A stretch of 64,000 nt of DNA from positions 2,794 to 66,793 of the forward strand of contig JADIMW010000084.1 in the NCBI GenBank assembly GCA_017694415.1. The letters run 5' to 3'. The position numbers and the translations under genes were made by a program. The notes beneath the pieces are model-generated. The model saw nothing but the letters and a program-made list of their open reading frames with translations, made no database searches and was not told where the DNA came from. Positions 58,123 through 64,000 of the stretch are shown here, piece after piece (within the stretch, counting starts at the first letter, position 1; every line of letters starts with the position of its first letter). Origin of the DNA: Candidatus Caccoplasma merdipullorum (GTDB lineage Bacteria > Bacteroidota > Bacteroidia > Bacteroidales > G3-4614).

Positions 58123-59799
58123 ATGAAAAAACATTTATTTTTTGCTTTAATCGTTTCACTTTTTATTTCAAGTTGCTCATCCGACAATGGGTGGAAATCG
58201 GAGGATTATGGACTTATACCTTTTTTGAAGGATAATAACTTTTTAGTATATGTCGATATTAAAACCGGAGAGGAAAAAGGTAATTTTACGTACGCCGGAC
58301 TTTTCAGGGAAGGAGTGGCTCTCGTCAATGACACTAACGGTTATTTTTATTATGTAGATAAGGATGTTGCTCCGGTAAATGAAGAAAGATATATTGCCGC
58401 AACATTCTTCAACAACGGTTTGGCATGGAGCGTTAAAAAGGGAGCTCCCGTTGTTGCTATAGAAAAAAGCGGCGATGTGGCTTTTGAATTTAAGGAAGCT
58501 GAAACGGCTTATGCCTTTAATGACGGTGCAGCCGTATTTACAGATGAAAACGAAAAATTCGGAGCTGTAAACAAAAAGGGTAAAATAATAGTAGAGCCTG
58601 TATGGAACAACGCATTCCCGATGTTTGTAAACGGATTGCTCATTGTTCAGAATGAAGAGGGCTTGTACGGACTGATAAACAAGGACGGCGAAGTTCTGGT
58701 TGAGTGTCAATTCGACTGTATGGGAATAGACAGGTCGGGCCAAAACTTTTTCATGAGCAATTATGTTCAGGCGTTGAAAGAGGACAGAATACCTTTTAAA
58801 AAGGATAGATCGTGGGGTATAACAAACAGCAAGGGGGAATATGTAATAAATCCGCAGTTCGACGAGATAGTTCTCGACGGAGACAATTATCTTTTCCTTA
58901 AAGGTAAATTGTGGGGCTGGTGCGACAAGGATGGGCATTATATTATCAACCCGCAATTCAAATCTGCCCTGCCTTTCGGAGAAAACGAATATACTGTTGC
59001 TATAAACGACAATTATGAATATGGATATATTGATAAAGAAGGGAAATGGGTTATCAACCCGCAGTTTGAAAAAGCATTGCCTTTCAATTCTTGCGGACTT
59101 GCCGTAGCTTCGGACAAAAGCAGCGACTACGGTCTTATAGATAAAGAGGGTAAATGGGTAGTTAATCCGCAATTCCGCTATATCTACGATTATAATTTGG
59201 ACAACAAATTCATTAGCATCGACAAATCGAGCAGTAATTTAGGCATAATAGACAAAGAGGGTAAATGGATAGTTAATCCTGATTTCGAACTTTTCTCTCC
59301 TACTTTCTTAGATAATGAATACGGTCTTGAAGAATATAACAGCGTAAAGAGCGATTATGTGGATGTAGATAAATTGATAAGTTCGATAGAGGAAGGAATT
59401 CTGGGCCTTAAAACTTCTACGGCAGGAAATCTTATTACCACATATTCGATAGAGGAAAAGAATTTTCCGAAGTATAAGGGAAATGTAAAAATATATGACA
59501 AGTACACTGTTTTGCTTTCTACCGACATAAGGGCTACCGATATAAATGCATGGAACAGCGAAAGTAACGGCTGGTACAGATACAACTATACTTTTGCCCC
59601 CGAAACTGCCGTAAATACTTACTCTGCAAGTTTTTACCTGAATAACAGAGCTGCCGACCATATCGATCAGGTATTCAATATAATAGCTGAAAAATACAAC
59701 TTCGATATTGAAACCGGAACCATAACTGTTCCCGATTATGAGGAAGTAAAAATTTCGAAAGGCAGAAGGAGCATTACATTCTATATAAAGACAAAATAA
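58123..59799 (+). CDS. WG-repeat (KWG-type) lipoprotein
   Basis: Start trimmed to MKKHLFFALIVSLFISSC (lipobox). At least 8 repeats of the type G(L/Y)I(D/N)K(E/D)GKWV(I/V)NPQF, followed by a ~170-aa C-terminal domain with no recognised family. Confidence 0.8.
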   Translation: MKKHLFFALIVSLFISSCSSDNGWKSEDYGLIPFLKDNNFLVYVDIKTGEEKGNFTYAGLFREGVALVNDTNGYFYYVDKDVAPVNEERYIAATFFNNGLAWSVKKGAPVVAIEKSGDVAFEFKEAETAYAFNDGAAVFTDENEKFGAVNKKGKIIVEPVWNNAFPMFVNGLLIVQNEEGLYGLINKDGEVLVECQFDCMGIDRSGQNFFMSNYVQALKEDRIPFKKDRSWGITNSKGEYVINPQFDEIVLDGDNYLFLKGKLWGWCDKDGHYIINPQFKSALPFGENEYTVAINDNYEYGYIDKEGKWVINPQFEKALPFNSCGLAVASDKSSDYGLIDKEGKWVVNPQFRYIYDYNLDNKFISIDKSSSNLGIIDKEGKWIVNPDFELFSPTFLDNEYGLEEYNSVKSDYVDVDKLISSIEEGILGLKTSTAGNLITTYSIEEKNFPKYKGNVKIYDKYTVLLSTDIRATDINAWNSESNGWYRYNYTFAPETAVNTYSASFYLNNRAADHIDQVFNIIAEKYNFDIETGTITVPDYEEVKISKGRRSITFYIKTK

Positions 59800-59833
59800 T
59801 AAAAGTACTACATACTGTTGCTTTACAATACAT

Positions 59834-59870
59834 AGAACCTGACGGATAATCATCCGTCAGGTTCTTTTTT
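59834..59870 (+). terminator. rho-independent terminator of the WG-repeat gene
   Basis: agaacctgacggat-aatc-atccgtcaggttct forms a 14-bp perfect stem followed by ttttt. Confidence 0.85.
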
Positions 59871-60510
59871 ACGGATGCGGCAGTAATGGCATGCAATACC
59901 CGAATTGTAATGTTTTGGATATTTTTTTAACTGAGTGATATAATACCGATATATATCCCCTCTATATATCTGTTTTTATCATATATATATATTGTATGTA
60001 TTGAAAATAAAAACGGCAGGGGTGTGAGAAAAACGGAATATCTTTCCTCTATATAGACAAGTCCGGGTTTTATTTTAATTATATAACGGATTTTTGGATA
60101 ACTGCTTTTTATGGATTTTATATTTTGGGTTGATTATTATATTATGCAACGATGTACGCTTTAGCTTTAATCTATTTTACTATTGATTGTCGATTGCGAC
60201 TTTAAGAAAAACTGAAAATCATTACTATGAAAAGCATGATTTTCGTAAAAAACATCCGGAATGATTATATTGTTTGTATTTATTGAACTTAGGAAAATCT
60301 GAAGAGTATAACTTTTTACTTCTGTTATTCACTGAAATAAATATTGTCTGTTTTGAATAATACGATGTATGTTTATTTTTATGTGTTTCTGATTTTTTCG
60401 ATTTTGCAATTCTATAATCGTTATATTAAAATATAATCGGAAATTGAGCTGCGGAATATTTTTCGTTTTGTAACTTTCTGTTTTATATTTTGTATGGAAG
60501 ATGTTTTTTG

Positions 60511-60544
60511 GAGATAATCTCTTTTAGGGGTTATCTCTTTTTTT
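60511..60544 (+). terminator. orphan terminator-like hairpin inside the AT-rich spacer
   Basis: gagataa-(13 nt)-ttatctc followed by a 7-T run. No annotated plus-strand gene ends here. Confidence 0.35.
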
Positions 60545-60754
60545 ATGTTACTCATGTCCGCTACAACTATATTGTTGTTTTACCGAAAAATCGTATAATA
60601 AAAAATATAACTTATTATATATATCTAATATACAATAAGTTATATAATCAATACAGATTTATGTCATCTGTATATTTATCTATTTTAAGATAAACAGTAT
60701 ATTATAAATATTGATGCGTATTATATTCAGCGGTAATTTCAACTGTTTTGTAAT

Positions 60755-61318
60755 TTATTTACTTAGCAGTTTTTTAATTACTGATATATATAAGGCATGT
60801 TCTATTTTAAGCAGTTCTTCTTTCAGATATTCTATATCGTCTCCGTCATAATATAATGATGCCTGATCTATTATCTTTCCTCCGTCGAGCGAACTATCGA
60901 CATAATGTATAGTTATTCCGTAAATCTTTACTCCGTACTCTACTGCCTGTTCTATTGCATGCATTCCTTTGAAGGAGGGGAGTAATGCCGGATGGGTATT
61001 TATTATTTTTCCTTGATATGGTTCGAGTAATGTGTCTCCTATTATACGCATGTAACCTGCAAGACATATCAAATCTATATCTGTTGTGGAGAGCTTTTTC
61101 AATATTTCCGATTCGTAATCTGCTTTTGAAGGAAAATCTTTAGGTGTCAATACGAGTGTTTCTATTCCGTACTTTTTTGCTCTTTCTATTGCAAACGCTC
61201 CTTTTTTATCGCATACCAGAAGTTTTACTTCGGCATCCAACTCTCCGCTTTTACAGGCTGCTGCTATCGTTTCGAAATTCGAACCGTTGCCTGATGCAAA
61301 TACTACTATATTTTTCAA
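60755..61318 (-). CDS. purN: phosphoribosylglycinamide formyltransferase
   Basis: 187 aa with VFASGNGSNF, the INTHPALLP motif, and the HYVDxxLDxG-type YGITIHYVDSSLDGGKII. Confidence 0.93.
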   Translation of the reverse strand: MKNIVVFASGNGSNFETIAAACKSGELDAEVKLLVCDKKGAFAIERAKKYGIETLVLTPKDFPSKADYESEILKKLSTTDIDLICLAGYMRIIGDTLLEPYQGKIINTHPALLPSFKGMHAIEQAVEYGVKIYGITIHYVDSSLDGGKIIDQASLYYDGDDIEYLKEELLKIEHALYISVIKKLLSK

Positions 61319-61329
61319 CTTTATCTATT

Positions 61330-62265
61330 TTACAGTTTTAACTTTTCTGATATTTCCAACATGCGACGTATTGGTACTTCCGCTTTTACTCTTGTCTCTT
61401 CGGGTACTGTTACTTCGTATTGTTCGTATTTCAACGCATCATACAGTTTTTGCAACGTATTCTGCTTCATGTACGAACAGATATTGCATGCACAGGTGTC
61501 GTCTTCGGGAGGGGCGGGTATGAACTCTTTTCCGGGACATTTGCTTTTCATTTCGAAAAGTATTCCGGGTTCCGTCGCTACTATGAATTTTTTTGCTTGT
61601 GATTTTTCGGAATGTTTGAGTAATGCTGCCGTGGAACCTACCTTGTCGGCCAAATCGAGTACCGGTTTTCTACACTCGGGATGTGCCAATACTTCTGCAT
61701 CGGGGTTTGCTTCTTTAAGCTCTTTTATTTTTACCGGCGAGAATTGTTCGTGTACATGACATGCTCCGTCCCATATTACCATATCTCGGCCTGTTACGGC
61801 TTTTATATAGTTTCCGAGGTTCTTGTCCGGCCCGAATATTATCTTTTCGTCTGCCGGCAGCGATTCTACTATCTGGCGTGCGTTGGAAGAGGTTACTACT
61901 ATGTCGGTGAGGGCTTTTACCTCGGCTGTTGTGTTTACGTATGATATTACCGTATATCCGGGATATTTTTCCTTGAATTTTTTTAAATCCACTGCATTGC
62001 AACTGTCGGCTAACGAGCATCCGGCTGTATTGTCGGGTATCAGCACTTTTTTTTCGGGGGATAGTATCTTGGCTGTTTCTCCCATAAAATTGACTCCGCA
62101 CATTACCAGTATGTCGCTGTCGCATCCGACGGCTATCTGCGCTAATGCCAGACTGTCTCCTATGTAGTCTGCCACCGATTGTATTTCGTCTCTTTGATAG
62201 TAGTGTGCAAGTATTACAGCTTTCTTCTCTTTTTTCAGTTTTGATATTTCTTCAGCCAAATTCAT
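61330..62265 (-). CDS. nadA: quinolinate synthase
   Basis: 311 aa with LAHYYQ, CGVNFMGETAKIL and three cluster Cys residues (AGCSLA, ACHVHEQF region, CNICSYM region). Confidence 0.95.
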   Translation of the reverse strand: MNLAEEISKLKKEKKAVILAHYYQRDEIQSVADYIGDSLALAQIAVGCDSDILVMCGVNFMGETAKILSPEKKVLIPDNTAGCSLADSCNAVDLKKFKEKYPGYTVISYVNTTAEVKALTDIVVTSSNARQIVESLPADEKIIFGPDKNLGNYIKAVTGRDMVIWDGACHVHEQFSPVKIKELKEANPDAEVLAHPECRKPVLDLADKVGSTAALLKHSEKSQAKKFIVATEPGILFEMKSKCPGKEFIPAPPEDDTCACNICSYMKQNTLQKLYDALKYEQYEVTVPEETRVKAEVPIRRMLEISEKLKL

Positions 62266-62482
62266 AGGGTATCTCTTTTATCGACAATATGTTTGTTATC
62301 AATATTAATATTTATTTTTTTATGTAATTAATGATGATGATAATGTGCTGTTGATTGTATTGATAACTTTTTTGTCGTTTTTTTTATTTTACAGTTATTA
62401 TTGGTTTGTCAATATGTATTTATATATTATCAACATACTATTTTTTTGATTTTTAGTCGTATCTGATAGTTATAAACAGATA

Positions 62483-62495
62483 TTTGATAACTCGC
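62483..62495. repeat. left arm of 13-bp inverted repeat TTTGATAACTCGC
   Basis: Perfect reverse complement of 62655-62667. Immediately abuts a minus-strand -7 box (TAACTTTG, 62495-62502). Confidence 0.75.
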
Positions 62496-62502
62496 AAAGT
62501 TA
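62495..62502 (-). promoter_or_regulatory. -7 promoter box TAACTTTG pointing toward nadA
   Basis: The reverse complement of caaagtta matches TAnnTTTG. It would give a ~220-nt AT-rich leader before the nadA ATG (62265). Confidence 0.35.
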
Positions 62503-62544
62503 ATTATTTTTTTTTGTTAGTTTGGTTATAACTCTGTTTTATGA

Positions 62545-62553
62545 TGTGGATAA
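62545..62553 (-). promoter_or_regulatory. perfect DnaA-box 9-mer (TTATCCACA)
   Basis: The plus strand reads tgtggataa. Related boxes are TTATCGACA (62278-62286), TTATCAACA (62427-62435), TTATCAATA (62296-62304 and 62358-66 on the minus strand), and TTATCAAAT/TTATCAAAC inside the inverted-repeat arms. Confidence 0.3.
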
Positions 62554-62654
62554 GATAGAAAAAAAACGGTGTATTGTTTTTTTTGTTTTTAGAACTGCTC
62601 GGTGCTATATATTTTTTTTGGGTTTTAAGGTGTGTTTTTTATTGTTTTTTTTTC

Positions 62655-62667
62655 GCGAGTTATCAAA
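62655..62667. repeat. right arm of 13-bp inverted repeat GCGAGTTATCAAA
   Basis: Perfect reverse complement of 62483-62495, with 159 bp between the arms. Confidence 0.75.
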
Positions 62668-62796
62668 CGTTATTAACATGTTGCAGTGTGTAGTGTGTAT
62701 ATCGTTGTTTGTCTCTTATATTGTGCGTGTTTGTCTTGTGATTGGGTTTTTTTATTTTTCTTTGCAGTGTTGTTTTAGTTATGGTTGTTTTGTGTT

Positions 62797-63327
62797 ATGA
62801 GAAAACTTTCTGTTCTTGAAATGAACCGGTTGTCGTGCAGTGAGTTTAAGGCTGCCGACAAGATTCCGCTTGTGGTTGTTTTGGATAATGTAAGGAGTTT
62901 GAACAATATAGGTTCGGTATTCCGCAGTTCGGATGCTTTCAGGGTGGAAAGGATTTATCTGTGCGGTATTACTGCTACGCCTCCGAATGCTGAGATTCAC
63001 AAGACTGCTCTTGGTGCTGAAAACAGTGTTGATTGGGTTTATGTGGAGGAGACTTGTGATGTTGTGGAATTGCTGAAGAGTGAAGGTTTTTTGGTTTATG
63101 CGGCAGAGCAGACTGTGGGGAGTATAATGTTGGATGATTTTTCGGTTGATGCGGGTAAGAAATATGCCGTGGTGTTGGGTAACGAGGTTAATGGCGTGCA
63201 GCAGTCGGTTGTGGATTTGTGCGACGGGGCTCTTGAAATTCCGCAGTTCGGTACTAAACATTCTCTTAACGTGTCGGTGGCTGCGGGGATATTTATATGG
63301 CATTTTTTTTGCCGTCTGCGGCTATAA
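62797..63327 (+). CDS. TrmH/SpoU family RNA 2'-O-methyltransferase
   Basis: Start trimmed to MRKLSVLEM.... SpoU motifs NIGSVFRSSDAF, VVLGNEVNGV and IPQFGTKHSLNVSVAAGI. Confidence 0.85.
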   Translation: MRKLSVLEMNRLSCSEFKAADKIPLVVVLDNVRSLNNIGSVFRSSDAFRVERIYLCGITATPPNAEIHKTALGAENSVDWVYVEETCDVVELLKSEGFLVYAAEQTVGSIMLDDFSVDAGKKYAVVLGNEVNGVQQSVVDLCDGALEIPQFGTKHSLNVSVAAGIFIWHFFCRLRL

Positions 63328-63942
63328 CATTCCTGATTCTACAAGTATGCAGACGCGCTCTATTATTTTGTCGCGTTCGTTTTTTTCCGGTTCGTAGTCT
63401 TTTTTGAGGCTCAGACCGAACATTCCTCCGAACATTTGCCAGAAACGCGCCCTGAATCCTCCGAGGAACGATTTGAGTATGTTGAACGAGGTTTGGTTGC
63501 ATTCTCTGTCTATGAGCAGTATCAGCATTTTTGCCTGCGAATATGTAAAATCTTTCAGTACGGGGCGGTATTCGTTGAATATGTCCTTTTCCATCTGTTT
63601 CAGGTGCGCTTCGCGTTTTTCTTCGGGGATTGTCTGTATGTATTCGTAGGTTTCTATTATCGCGGCGCGTACCATTTTTGCGTACGGCAGGGTTCTTTTT
63701 ACGTCTCTTACCGTTTTCCAATAGAATTTTTCGTCTCTTTTGTTTTTGAATTTATATGGCGGCATGCAGTAGATGTTCCGCATGTTTATCATTATTACGG
63801 TATCGCCTGTTTCTATTACCGCCAGGTATGGCTGGCTGAATATGGATGTTTTGTCGAGATAGGGATTGGCATCTCCGTCGGCTCCTTTTGCAGTGCCGGC
63901 AGCTGTTATGATAAGTAGTATAGATGCTATCCACTTTTTCAT
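63322..63942 (-). CDS. DUF4294-like secreted protein
   Basis: 206 aa with a signal peptide. The pattern (YCMPPYKFKNKRDEKFYWKTVRDVKRTLPYAKM...) fits my recollection of the Bacteroidota DUF4294 family. Its 3' end overlaps the trmH 3' end by 6 nt (convergent). Confidence 0.6.
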   Translation of the reverse strand: MKKWIASILLIITAAGTAKGADGDANPYLDKTSIFSQPYLAVIETGDTVIMINMRNIYCMPPYKFKNKRDEKFYWKTVRDVKRTLPYAKMVRAAIIETYEYIQTIPEEKREAHLKQMEKDIFNEYRPVLKDFTYSQAKMLILLIDRECNQTSFNILKSFLGGFRARFWQMFGGMFGLSLKKDYEPEKNERDKIIERVCILVESGML

Positions 63943-64000
63943 AGGTTTAAAGCGTTGTTTTGTTTTTACGGATTGCCGTTTTAGATAATGTGGTGTTTGT

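Noticed and set aside
60125-60155. dif-like sequence (gttgattattatattatgcaac) in the AT-rich spacer.
   Set aside because: The resemblance to the XerC/D dif consensus is only partial, the arms are not properly palindromic, and AT-rich DNA produces such matches easily.
60490-60693. 67-aa ORF in the AT-rich spacer, and the 92-aa ORF at 62522-62800.
   Set aside because: These are Phe/Tyr/Ile/Leu/Asn-rich translations of T-rich DNA with no start context. The first spans a terminator-like hairpin. They are a compositional artefact.
61330-63327. Apparent GC-skew sign change across the nadA/trmH intergenic region. The plus strand is C>G through nadA and strongly G>C (about 2:1) through trmH.
   Set aside because: I do not use this as evidence for an origin. 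Sense strands are G-rich throughout the window (topA, on the plus strand, also shows G>C). The switch coincides with a change in gene orientation, so it cannot be separated from coding-strand bias within 64 kb.

Overview
This 64-kb window looks like a chromosomal segment from a Bacteroidota (Bacteroidales-like) genome. The taxonomic call rests on TAnnTTTG -7 promoter boxes upstream of many genes, a T9SS C-terminal sorting domain, a lipoprotein-type glutaminyl cyclase, a frdCAB-type fumarate reductase operon and a succinate CoA-transferase. I call about 45 protein genes, most of them housekeeping: polA, uvrC, mnmG, ybeY, dtd, deoC, rnr, parE, coaD, topA, miaB, asd, sdh/frdCAB, hup, purN and nadA. 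I recognised no rRNA, tRNA, CRISPR array, transposase or integrase. Many ORF-track entries are antisense shadows of real genes, and several real genes were trimmed to internal ATG starts. I found no clear-cut novel multi-gene system such as a defence island. The observations most worth a second look are listed here. (1) Six exactly 11-bp-phased C(G/T)TAA(C/T) repeats sit in front of a TonB-dependent receptor and lipoprotein pair. (2) A tightly coupled four-gene minus-strand operon encodes a peptidase C26::M19 fusion, a glutaminyl cyclase, SufE and a POT peptide permease. (3) Two 88%-identical 126-bp elements lie 177 bp apart downstream of sdhB, next to a small membrane protein gene coupled by ATGA overlap to an apparently frameshifted secreted-protein gene. 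(4) A strongly AT-rich block of about 5.7 kb (57.0-62.8 kb) holds an orphan ECF sigma factor, a WG-repeat lipoprotein, an 880-bp ORF-free spacer, and compositionally atypical purN and nadA. (5) The 530-bp AT-rich nadA/trmH divergent intergenic region carries a cluster of DnaA-box-like 9-mers (one perfect) and a 13-bp inverted-repeat pair that brackets a promoter box. All functional calls come from my reading of the translated ORFs and motifs. No database search was run.
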